DNA of 64,000 bases from an uncultured candidate division Zixibacteria bacterium (GTDB lineage Bacteria; Zixibacteria; MSB-5A5; GN15; FEB-12). The notes under the pieces are model-generated. The model was not told the origin of the DNA. It searched no databases and worked only from the letters and a program-made list of their open reading frames with translations. The stretch is taken from assembly GCA_963806185.1 (NCBI GenBank), contig CAWDXE010000003.1, positions 192,001 to 256,000 of the forward strand. The letters are read 5' to 3'. Both the position numbers and the translations under genes were made by a program. Of the stretch, positions 49,376-58,196 are shown piece after piece (position 1 is the stretch's first letter; each line of letters begins with the position of its first letter).

Positions 49376-49514
49376 GCCTCGACGTGATGGTCATGTAGGG
49401 GGAAAGTACAGTAGATTGGTCTGTAAGTCAAGAACGCGAGGGCGGCCCCAGCTAAGGCCAACTTGTTGCGGTCGAATCAACAGCAAAGCTGAAATGCCTA
49501 ATTGGATCTCTGCC

Positions 49515-50354
49515 TTATGGGGAGACAATTGGGTCAATGCAACTGGAAATGACCTCGTCCGGCAATTGGACCCATCCGGAGTCCGCGTTCCAATAGGCAA
49601 TGCTCCGTTTTTGGCATTGAGCGATTCTTAAGGTGTCAAACCAGGGCCGGTCCACTGTTTCCCCGCCAGAAATCGAGTCTTCTGGCACTGTTTCAACGTG
49701 GTTGTACTGCCCGTCGTGGGCAAGGAAATAGGAGTAACGGTACGAGAAGCAACCCGACGGGCAGTCGCCGAAACCTTCTATAAAGAAATATTTGAATGTC
49801 GAGTGATCGCGCCAGACGAACATATCTGAACCGTCAAAATGTGCAATCCAATTTTCCAGATACTTGAGTCCCGGAAGACTAACGAACGCATTGAGGTACG
49901 GCCATGGGTAGTGGCGCTTATCGGAATAGCAGAAGAAAAGCTCGGGGACTATGGGCGCGAAGTCACCAGTGACTCTTGCCCCGTGATACGCAAGCGTACT
50001 GTCAACGGTATGGCGCCAAACGGAATCGTTGAGATTGACTGATGTATCAAACCAAAGGTCGAAGCCGTTGAAGGTCCGGTACGCATCATAGATGACCTGA
50101 ACTCCCGGCACCGAATCGGCGAACTTAGCGCGAATATTGGCGAGGTCGTTATGAATCCGGTCGTACAGCCATTGCGGCGCGAGATCTGTGCGGGCGAGCG
50201 CCAGAGCGATCTCCTCTGCCTCTCGATCTTCACACGGTGAATTCACCGACACAAGCGTATCGATCTTTTCAACGCTGACCGGAGTGGACTCGTCATCACA
50301 TCCGGCGAAGAGGGCCGCAACGATTATAGCCATAGCAAACAGGGCATGCCGCAT
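49515..50354 (-). CDS. Lipoprotein of unknown function with a GxGDCPSGC motif
   Basis: Lipobox FAGC; FIEGFGDCPSGCFSYRYSYF. Confidence 0.7.
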   Translation of the reverse strand: MRHALFAMAIIVAALFAGCDDESTPVSVEKIDTLVSVNSPCEDREAEEIALALARTDLAPQWLYDRIHNDLANIRAKFADSVPGVQVIYDAYRTFNGFDLWFDTSVNLNDSVWRHTVDSTLAYHGARVTGDFAPIVPELFFCYSDKRHYPWPYLNAFVSLPGLKYLENWIAHFDGSDMFVWRDHSTFKYFFIEGFGDCPSGCFSYRYSYFLAHDGQYNHVETVPEDSISGGETVDRPWFDTLRIAQCQKRSIAYWNADSGWVQLPDEVISSCIDPIVSP

Positions 50355-50510
50355 AAATCGCTCCCGGTTTTCTTAATGCTGATATCATAATCTACATTAC
50401 CAGAACAAAGACGCAAGTGCCGTTTGACCGGCTGCAACGAATGGACGCGCCGCTTGGTATTTTCGTGCAAGGCCTTGAAATTTTTCGGAAATTCGTCGAT
50501 ACTGAGCCCT

Positions 50511-51014
50511 ATGATTCTGTCGCGGTACATTTCAGAAGATCTGGTCAAGCTGGAGATGACCAGCATCCAGCCGTCGTACGAAGACGGCACCTCGCGCGAG
50601 AAGTGGCTCGACCGATCGAAAGAGATCGTCCTGCAGGAACTCGTGACACTACTTGACACCGGCGCGCGTGTCGGGAACCCGAGCAAGCTGCTGATTGATT
50701 TCCTGAATCGCGAGCGCAAGGCGAGTACGGCGATTGGCCTCGGGGTAGCAATACCCCACATCCGTTCGATGCAGGCCAAGGACTTTATGCTCGCTTTCGC
50801 CCGGTCCGCTGAGGGGTACGAATTCGAGTCGATGGACCATCAGCCGGTTCACATGTTTTTTGTCATGGCGGCGCCACCGTACGACGATTCACTCTATCTG
50901 AAAGCGTTTAAGGCGCTGGCCGAGATGCTACAACATGATTCATTTCGCGAAGAATTGATGGGACTCCAGTCCCCTGGTGAAGTAATTCGCGCCCTCCGCT
51001 CCATGGAACGGTGA
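50511..51014 (+). CDS. PTS EIIA (fructose/mannitol/Ntr family) domain protein
   Basis: RERKASTAIGLGVAIPHIR phospho-His motif; ATG at 50511. Confidence 0.88.
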   Translation: MILSRYISEDLVKLEMTSIQPSYEDGTSREKWLDRSKEIVLQELVTLLDTGARVGNPSKLLIDFLNRERKASTAIGLGVAIPHIRSMQAKDFMLAFARSAEGYEFESMDHQPVHMFFVMAAPPYDDSLYLKAFKALAEMLQHDSFREELMGLQSPGEVIRALRSMER

Positions 51015-51134
51015 TAAACCTCGAATTCCCCTGAACAAATCCAATCGCCAAGCGTCTAAAGGATACATCCTCTCTCTGCATCCTTCATTGCTGAGCCACG
51101 CTTAACGGCGTGGCTCACTGCGTGATACAACAGA

Positions 51135-51175
51135 AGCGGAGTCCCGCTGCACACAGGGACTCCGCTCTGATTTTT
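51135..51175. terminator. Terminator between the convergent EIIA and hemW genes
   Basis: AGCGGAGTCCC...GGGACTCCGCT stem followed by a T-rich run. Confidence 0.7.
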
Positions 51176-51196
51176 CGTCGGATTGGACTACAACGG

Positions 51197-52336
51197 TTAG
51201 GTTACGAGTCGCCGGATGATGTCATCGGCAATGTAGACTCCCTCGTCAGAAAGACGAATCGTGCCGTCGTCCGGAATAATATACCCCGATTCCACCATCA
51301 GATCGAATTGTTGTCGGTTAACAGTCGATTCAACCGACTGACCGTAGCGCGAGGCAAACAATTGCCGGTCGATCCCGCGGGCGGTCCGAAGACCGAGCAT
51401 AATCGCCTCCACCATCCTCTCTTCACGGCCGGATTCATCATGAACAACCGGCAGCTCTCCCCTATTGAGTGACTGAATGTACTCGAAGACGCTGGAGGTG
51501 TTGGCATAGCGCTGCCCGAGCATAAAGGAATGGGCCGAGGGGCCCAGGCCGAGATAGTCGCTGCCGTCCCAGTAACTCAGGTTGTGGCGACACTCGTGGC
51601 CCGGCTTGGCGAACGAGGATACTTCGTAGCGGACGTAGCCGGCCTCTTCCATCCGCTGGCAGCCGCCTCGATACATGGCCAGAGACAATTCCTGATCGGG
51701 CATTTTCAGAGTGCCACTCGCAACCCGTTCGGCCAGTTTGGTGCCCGGCTCGACGGTGAGTTGATAAAATGAAATGTGGGGCGGATCGAGATCGATCATC
51801 TCGTCGAGATCGGCGGCGAGCAGTTTGCTCGTCTGCTCAGGGAGGCCGAAAATCAGGTCACAGCCAAAGGTCGGGAAGCCGAGGGCGTTGGCCAGGTATA
51901 CTGAGCGGTGACTATCGACCGGTTTGTGCTTGCGGTTCAAGAGTTGGAGGAGATCAGGATTGAATGACTGGACACCAAACGTCGGGCGGGTGATACCCAG
52001 CGCCTTGAATGCGTCCAGTTTTTCTCGCGTGATTGAGTCGGGGTTGTTTTCGAGCGAGATCTCGATACCCGGGGGGATATGGTAGTATTTCCGCAGCTGT
52101 TCAAACCAGGCAGCGAGACGATCCAGATTCATAAGCGACGGCGTACCGCCGCCGATGAAGATAGTCGCAATTTCGCGATCGACGTGACTGGGCTGCCCGG
52201 CGGTTAGTTCGGTTTCGATTGTGAGGGCCTCGTAAAACCTGGATTCCAGACCGGCATCGTACAGCTCTTTGTAGAAATCGCAATACGAGCACTTATTCCG
52301 GCAGAACGGAAAATGCAGATAGAGACCAAAAGCCAT
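51197..52336 (-). CDS. hemW: Radical SAM heme chaperone HemW
   Basis: LYLHFPFCRNKCSYCDF, IFIGGGTPS, GVQSF, DLIFGLP, YEVSSF, HNLSYW, GLGPSAHS. Confidence 0.92.
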   Translation of the reverse strand: MAFGLYLHFPFCRNKCSYCDFYKELYDAGLESRFYEALTIETELTAGQPSHVDREIATIFIGGGTPSLMNLDRLAAWFEQLRKYYHIPPGIEISLENNPDSITREKLDAFKALGITRPTFGVQSFNPDLLQLLNRKHKPVDSHRSVYLANALGFPTFGCDLIFGLPEQTSKLLAADLDEMIDLDPPHISFYQLTVEPGTKLAERVASGTLKMPDQELSLAMYRGGCQRMEEAGYVRYEVSSFAKPGHECRHNLSYWDGSDYLGLGPSAHSFMLGQRYANTSSVFEYIQSLNRGELPVVHDESGREERMVEAIMLGLRTARGIDRQLFASRYGQSVESTVNRQQFDLMVESGYIIPDDGTIRLSDEGVYIADDIIRRLVT

Positions 52337-52353
52337 GTGGGAATATAGCGAGA

Positions 52354-53079
52354 TTAGATCGAGCTGCCAATGCGGTCCCAGCGAATATGCGTCGGGAAAT
52401 TGTACAGCGCATGGCCGACCCATTGGATCGCATTGATAACGTACGGAAATCCCCACCCTGGCGGGTCGGGGTCAGGTTCCCAGGACCAGTAGACGAAGAG
52501 GGCTTTGCCGCGGATATTCTCGACCGGCACCGCACCCCAGAAACGACTGTCCTGGCTGTCGTCGCGGTTGTCGCCAAGCACGAAGAAATATCCGTCGGGT
52601 ACTTTGTAGGGCGCGAAGTTATCGCGAAACGACAGATCGCCCGGAAGAATGCGCTGATCGACGTTCTTCATCGTCGGAGCGATCGGCGACACCTTGCCGT
52701 CGACATACACAATCTTGTCTGAAACTTCAACAGTCTGCCCCGGGCCGGCGATGATTCGTTTGATGAAGTCCTTCTCGGGGTTGTTGGGATATTTGAAGAC
52801 GATGATGTCACCCGGCGTCGGGTTGGTGCCGTAATCGTAGGCGAGTTTATTGACAAAAATATAGTCGCCGGTCAAAAGAGTATCTTCCATCGACCCGGAG
52901 TTTACGCGGTAGGCCGAGACGACGAAGATGCGCAGAAGGATGGCAGCGGCCAGGGCGACCAGGCCGGTCTCTAGGTATTCACGCCATAACGGCTTGCGTT
53001 CCTTACGCTTAAGGAACTCACGAGTCCGCCGCTGGGTCTCGATTTGCTTATGTTCCTGAATGAGAAAATCCTGGTCCAT
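52354..53079 (-). CDS. lepB: Signal peptidase I
   Basis: SGSMEDTL, GDIIVF, FIKRII, LGDNRDDSQDSRFWG. Confidence 0.95.
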   Translation of the reverse strand: MDQDFLIQEHKQIETQRRTREFLKRKERKPLWREYLETGLVALAAAILLRIFVVSAYRVNSGSMEDTLLTGDYIFVNKLAYDYGTNPTPGDIIVFKYPNNPEKDFIKRIIAGPGQTVEVSDKIVYVDGKVSPIAPTMKNVDQRILPGDLSFRDNFAPYKVPDGYFFVLGDNRDDSQDSRFWGAVPVENIRGKALFVYWSWEPDPDPPGWGFPYVINAIQWVGHALYNFPTHIRWDRIGSSI

Positions 53080-53090
53080 ACGTAATAGAG

Positions 53091-53117
53091 GTATCGGATG
53101 AGACCTGAAGGACTTTA
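53091..53117 (-). promoter_or_regulatory. Sigma28-like promoter upstream of lepB
   Basis: TAAA-N15-TCCGATAC. Confidence 0.5.
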
Positions 53118-53173
53118 GGGGTGGGAGATATAATACAGGACCGGGTGGATCAGTTTCCCATTGAAGGTAGGCT

Positions 53174-55180
53174 TCAACGGACCGTGGCGCTGTCCAGCCT
53201 CCGTAGGACTACCGCAGCACTGTCGGCCAAGCTATGCTCCTTTAGATAGGTGGCATAGAGCGCCAAATACTCTGGCGGGACCTTCGGATGCGCGGCGAGT
53301 CTGGCTAGCCACTTGTACTCTTCGAGGGAATCTTCGCGCTTCGCTGCGATTCTGTACATTCCCACCAGCGGCCAGTGGTTACCGGGGTTACGCTCATACG
53401 ATTGCAGCCAAAAATCGGCAGCTTTACGCATATTTTCCTTGAAGAACCAGCAGATTCCCAAGTTGTTCAGAGTTTTGGCATCGCCAGGATCCATCGCGTT
53501 GGCAATATCCAAAACCGCCAGAGCGCTGTCATACTGGTCAAGTGATACGTACACAGCCCCGAGACTGGTCCAGATGGAAGCACTCATCGGATTCAATACC
53601 GCGCATTTCTTCAGAGTCCTGGCTGCTCCTTGAAATTGCCCCGAACTCGCCATCTTCTGCGCCGACAATAGGCTGTCAAACTCCGGGAAATCTGCGTGGA
53701 ACGACCGTCGTTGCCGGAGCGCGGCCGTCGTATCGCCGCGCGCGTAAAACTGCTCGATTAAGAGATAGCGTATGGGGCTGTTCTTCTTGACGTCGAGCCG
53801 GCAGTAATCATCCAGATGAGCCAGCATCACCGGTCGATTTGATACTGCCACGACACGCGCCGTCAATTGACCAAATCCGGCACAAATCGCGAGGACGATA
53901 CAAAGCGTGAACGGGACGCGCGGAAGTGTTTCCTTCGCACCCACAAAGAGTGCTATTGCCAGCGGAATTCCGGCAAAGGCAAACAGGTCCCAATCGCGAG
54001 GCATACCGAGTTTCGGATTGATGAGCGAAAGCCCCAACCAGGCACAAGCCGCCAGGACGAGAAGGTAGATATTTTCAGGCACCCGCGGCGACGTGATGAA
54101 TCCCTTTCCCGCACCCAGAGCAAGAATGAGAACTCCCGGAATGAGCAGGAAGATCAGGTTCATCAAGTCAAGCAGGTGCTTTGGGGAAAGCAGTGTATAC
54201 CCCTCAACCGTCAGGTAATCGGCCATGAAGGGCATGAGAGAAAGTTGGAAGCGAAGGCTTGTAGCGTAAAGCCAGCCAAGGGCTGCAAGCCCAGCGAAAA
54301 GAGGAATCAGAACCAGAACCCATCGGACACTCTTGCTGAGTCGCTGCCAAAGCGGATTTACCTCAGAACTCAGCACGACGGCGGCTACCGCACCCGGGAG
54401 AAGCAGCAAACCGAAGATGTGTGTGATCGCCGCCAAGCCGAAGGACGGAAGAAGCCACCACACGTTAAGCTGCTTCCGCACCACCAGCAGGCCGATTAAC
54501 GTAAAGCAGAGCACGGCCACGAGAAGGAAAGCGTAATTTTCGACGTAGCCAAAGAACTGCAATGTATACCCGCCCGAAAGAAGCATGAGCACAAAGAGGA
54601 TTCGCTCGGCGGCTGATGAAAACAGCCTACGCGCCCCGGCGATGGCGACCAATATGAACAACAGGCCACTCCCCCACGCCACGAGACGATAGGCCAGTAC
54701 AGCCGTAGCTTCATTGCCGCCGTCGAGAAGGCGGAAAGTACGGTACGGAAGCTCCATGCCCAGCCAATTGTGGGTGTACACGCGATAACCGTTATTGACC
54801 ATCTTCGCCAAGAGGGCGTAACCATCACCGAGATAGTAGTACTGCACCGGCACCAGAATCATAATCAGAGTGAGAATCGTCGAAATCGACAATTCACTCA
54901 TGGCCGGTCTGGTCATCAGTGGAGAATTATCTGTGGCTGTCAGTCGGTAAATGAAGAAGCCTGAGACAGTCGTTGCGAAGAATATTATCGCCGATTGCCA
55001 AGCGGGCAGATAGGCAAACCAATTAAGTCCCCAATTGCGTGCGTGAGGAGATTGTGATGCAGCAAGTATCAATAGGAAAAGAATGGCCGTCAGCCCGGCC
55101 ATATACTTCGTCGGATCATCAGACTTTGGCTTACTCGAGCGCTTTGGCTTAACCATGAGTAGTAGCGACAACATAGACAA
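53174..55180 (-). CDS. Polytopic membrane protein with C-terminal TPRs (possible GT-C fold glycosyltransferase)
   Basis: About 12 TM segments; LGDG, QFFGYVENY, RDWDLF motifs; TPRs (NPMSASIWTSLG, DPGDAKTLNNLG). Confidence 0.65.
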   Translation of the reverse strand: MSMLSLLLMVKPKRSSKPKSDDPTKYMAGLTAILFLLILAASQSPHARNWGLNWFAYLPAWQSAIIFFATTVSGFFIYRLTATDNSPLMTRPAMSELSISTILTLIMILVPVQYYYLGDGYALLAKMVNNGYRVYTHNWLGMELPYRTFRLLDGGNEATAVLAYRLVAWGSGLLFILVAIAGARRLFSSAAERILFVLMLLSGGYTLQFFGYVENYAFLLVAVLCFTLIGLLVVRKQLNVWWLLPSFGLAAITHIFGLLLLPGAVAAVVLSSEVNPLWQRLSKSVRWVLVLIPLFAGLAALGWLYATSLRFQLSLMPFMADYLTVEGYTLLSPKHLLDLMNLIFLLIPGVLILALGAGKGFITSPRVPENIYLLVLAACAWLGLSLINPKLGMPRDWDLFAFAGIPLAIALFVGAKETLPRVPFTLCIVLAICAGFGQLTARVVAVSNRPVMLAHLDDYCRLDVKKNSPIRYLLIEQFYARGDTTAALRQRRSFHADFPEFDSLLSAQKMASSGQFQGAARTLKKCAVLNPMSASIWTSLGAVYVSLDQYDSALAVLDIANAMDPGDAKTLNNLGICWFFKENMRKAADFWLQSYERNPGNHWPLVGMYRIAAKREDSLEEYKWLARLAAHPKVPPEYLALYATYLKEHSLADSAAVVLRRLDSATVR

Positions 55181-55267
55181 TCAACTCGAAAGAACCAACT
55201 GAAAACTCTGCGACAGGGTGGTGCAACAACCTTGACTCATTTACTATCCATCTGCTAAGCTTACCGT

Positions 55268-56029
55268 ATGCAACTCCCTCTTTGGCTTCTCGCCGGTTTC
55301 TGGGGCCTCGTCGCCGGATCGGCACTTTTGATCGGCGCGGCGATGGGGTACTACCTCCACCTGCCGCAGAGACTCATCGCCGGGATCATGGCGTTCGGCA
55401 GCGGTGTCCTCATCTCTGCGCTCGCGTTCGACCTGATGGATGAAGCCTTCCAGCGCGGCGGATTCGATTCGACAGCCATCGGCTTTCTCGCCGGCGCGGC
55501 CGTCTACACGGCGGCCAATGCGGTGCTTTCGCGGCACGGCGCCAAACACCGCAAGCGGTCAGGTCATCTTCAGCCCAAACGCGAAGAGGACGGCGGCACG
55601 GGCGCGGCGATCGCGCTCGGGGCACTCATCGATGGCATTCCGGAATCAATTGTTATCGGATTGAGTTTGATCGAAGGAGCAGGAGTCAGCACGGTAGCGG
55701 TAATTGCCATCTTCATGTCCAACCTACCCGAAGGCCTGTCCAGTTCGGCCGGGATGAAGAAGGCAGGGCGGACAAAGCTCTACATCTTCGGCGTATGGTT
55801 GAGCATCATGGTCGTCTCCGGGCTGGCTTCCGTGGCCGGGTATACGCTGTTTCACGGCGCCCCGCCGGACCTGGTGGCGGCGACCACAGCTGTCGCGGCA
55901 GGCGCGATACTGGCCATGTTGGTCGACACGATGATTCCGGAGGCGTTTGCCGAAACGCATAACATGGCCGGATTGATAACGGTGGCGGGGTTTCTCGCGG
56001 CGTTCGTACTCAGCAAGCTGGGGAAGTGA
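55268..56029 (+). CDS. ZIP family metal transporter
   Basis: MAFGSGVLISA, DGIPES, SNLPEG, GAILAML.DTMIPEA. Confidence 0.9.
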   Translation: MQLPLWLLAGFWGLVAGSALLIGAAMGYYLHLPQRLIAGIMAFGSGVLISALAFDLMDEAFQRGGFDSTAIGFLAGAAVYTAANAVLSRHGAKHRKRSGHLQPKREEDGGTGAAIALGALIDGIPESIVIGLSLIEGAGVSTVAVIAIFMSNLPEGLSSSAGMKKAGRTKLYIFGVWLSIMVVSGLASVAGYTLFHGAPPDLVAATTAVAAGAILAMLVDTMIPEAFAETHNMAGLITVAGFLAAFVLSKLGK

Positions 56030-56084
56030 GTAGTGCTGATCGCTCTTTCATACAGCAGCGGACAACCCGTGCTGATGATAAGAG

Positions 56085-56113
56085 TTGACAATCAAGTCGC
56101 CTCTCCGTATCTT
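56085..56113 (+). promoter_or_regulatory. Sigma70-type promoter
   Basis: TTGACA-N17-TATCTT upstream of the 56221 gene. Confidence 0.6.
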
Positions 56114-56220
56114 TCTTAGGTTAGTGTCTACTTCACTACACCGGTTACTCGGGTGATTGAATCGATCTACAGGTCACGGCAACTAGCCAACATTCAAAAT
56201 CGCTAATCTGGAGGCATCTC

Positions 56221-57267
56221 ATGTGTTTCCTCTGGTCAACCGCTCTGCGCAAGCTCGGCCTTGCCCTTGTAATCGCTTGCCTGCTGGTTCCGTGTGTCAA
56301 CGCTCAAGAGCCGGCAATCACCCTCGTGATGGATTCGATCAGCGTTGTCCACCCTGACACCGCCTATATCACCGTGTACCTGACCAACCCTGCCGATTCC
56401 ATCACCGCCTTTTCACTTTGGATTCAGCTCAATCGGCCCGATATCGCCAGATTCGTTCCGGTCAACGCGCCGGGAGTCGGCTACGACTCCGCGGGAACGC
56501 TGGTAGGAGGCTGGTTTGAAATCTCGCTTAAGTCCTTCAGCGGGACCGACTTCGATGTACGCGTGCTGGCCGTAGCCAACCAGTATGGAAATCCGAACCA
56601 TCACGACATCGGCCCCTCCTCCCTGCCGCGACCGTTGATACGCCTGGCCCTGGTCGCGCTACCTTTGCCCGACACATCATCGGATCGTGTAGCGCTGTTG
56701 TACTGGAACACCATGCAGCCCTATTTATCATTCTCTCGTCCTGACGGTAGTTCCGTCACTGTGTCCGACGCCATACTCATTCCGGGGCTGGTAGGAAATG
56801 GTTGTGAAGTTCGGGGAGACATCGACGGGAACGGCACGGGGTACGAGACAACTGATTACGTACGCCTGGCAGCAGTGCTGAGCGGCCTGCCGGTCGCGAT
56901 CGCGGAACCGTGGCAGGCGGACATTAATTACGACTGTGTCGTGGATACGGTCGACTTATCGTTGCTCGACTGCATTTCCCATGGTCAATGTCCAGAGCCG
57001 CCGGCTCCGGGTTTCGCCTGTTGTACTCCGATCGTGGTATCGTGTTGCGACGGACTCCGGGGCAACATAGACTGCGACTCGACGGGAAACGTTGACATCA
57101 GCGATTTGACCGCATTTATCAATAATCTCTTTGTTTCTTTCGAATTGCTGTGTTGTGTGGGTGAAGCTGATCTGAACGGTGACGGCAGTGTGGATATCGG
57201 AGACCTCACGACCCTCATAGACAATCTGTTCGTGAGCTTTTCGGCCCTGCCGCCGTGCGGATTCTAG
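56221..57267 (+). CDS. Secreted protein with a cohesin-like N-domain and two dockerin-like modules
   Basis: Signal peptide; ITVYLTN.ADSITAFSLWI; GDIDGNG / ADINYDCVVD and GNIDCD..GNVDISDL / ADLNGDGSVDIGDL EF-hand-like pairs; GGAGG RBS. Confidence 0.75.
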   Translation: MCFLWSTALRKLGLALVIACLLVPCVNAQEPAITLVMDSISVVHPDTAYITVYLTNPADSITAFSLWIQLNRPDIARFVPVNAPGVGYDSAGTLVGGWFEISLKSFSGTDFDVRVLAVANQYGNPNHHDIGPSSLPRPLIRLALVALPLPDTSSDRVALLYWNTMQPYLSFSRPDGSSVTVSDAILIPGLVGNGCEVRGDIDGNGTGYETTDYVRLAAVLSGLPVAIAEPWQADINYDCVVDTVDLSLLDCISHGQCPEPPAPGFACCTPIVVSCCDGLRGNIDCDSTGNVDISDLTAFINNLFVSFELLCCVGEADLNGDGSVDIGDLTTLIDNLFVSFSALPPCGF

Positions 57268-57296
57268 ACTCGTAGTGCTTAGGTCGGTAGTGAACG

Positions 57297-58196
57297 CTAT
57301 CGCACGCATTCCCAACCGACGCCCTGAGCTTCAAGGAAAGTTTCGGCGTGCAAACCGTGGAGCATGGCCAGCGTGGAAAGAAACCCGGCTTCGGTGCAAC
57401 TCCCGGCAATCACCGTCACGCTCATCGGGGCATCGGCGACCGGCCAGCCGGTGCGGGGGTCGAGGACGTGTCCCAGTCGCCTGCCTTGATAGGTGCAGAA
57501 CCTTCGCGACTCGCCGCTGGTGGCGACGCCACCGGAGTTCAATTCAATGGTCCCGAGCACCGAGTCGGCTTTCCTGGGATCTTCGATGCCGATGATCCAC
57601 GGCTCGGCCTGATCATCGGGGGCGATCGCCCGAATGTCGCCCCCGAAATTTACCATCACTCGCCGACTGCATTTTTCGAAGACCATTTGTGCCACCCGAT
57701 CAACCGCGTACTCCTTGCCAACTCCACCAAGATCGATTTCCATGCCGGGCAGCAGCGTGATCATGGAATGGTGATATTCGATCTTTTCCCAACCGACCAA
57801 TTTTAGGAGTGAGGCGATGAGTTCGTCATCAGGGTGCGCTTCCTCCCCCTTGAACGACCAGGCGCGACGAAGCACACCCGAGGTTATGTCAAACAGGCCG
57901 TCGCTCAGCGTATGGCAATGGCCGGCATACGTGATCATGCGCGCCGTCTCTTCATCCAGGAGGACGGGTCGACCTCGGGCGGTATTGATGGCGTGGACGA
58001 TGCTGTCGTCGCGATAGCGGCTGAATTTCTGCTCGATGCGCTGGGTTTCAGAAAAAGCGAGCGAAGCCAATTGCTTGACTTCGCTCTCTCTCAGATCGGG
58101 TATCAGTATTTCGCAGGGGCTGGCCATTGCTGAGAAGCCGATGGTCCAATGACCGTCGCTACTTTTCAGTGAGTAGGCGGGATGCTCAGAAGTCAT
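57297..58196 (-). CDS. apbE: FAD:protein FMN transferase ApbE (no signal peptide)
   Basis: FSRYRDDS, SDGLFDITSG, IDLGGVGKEYAVD, NFGGDI, VATSG, HVLDPRTGWP. Confidence 0.92.
   Translation of the reverse strand: MTSEHPAYSLKSSDGHWTIGFSAMASPCEILIPDLRESEVKQLASLAFSETQRIEQKFSRYRDDSIVHAINTARGRPVLLDEETARMITYAGHCHTLSDGLFDITSGVLRRAWSFKGEEAHPDDELIASLLKLVGWEKIEYHHSMITLLPGMEIDLGGVGKEYAVDRVAQMVFEKCSRRVMVNFGGDIRAIAPDDQAEPWIIGIEDPRKADSVLGTIELNSGGVATSGESRRFCTYQGRRLGHVLDPRTGWPVADAPMSVTVIAGSCTEAGFLSTLAMLHGLHAETFLEAQGVGWECVR

Noticed and set aside
52337..52456. N-terminal extensions of hemW (and likewise aspS 49315-49461, ybeY 44218-44331)
   Set aside because: Longest-ORF artefacts; family similarity begins at the downstream starts
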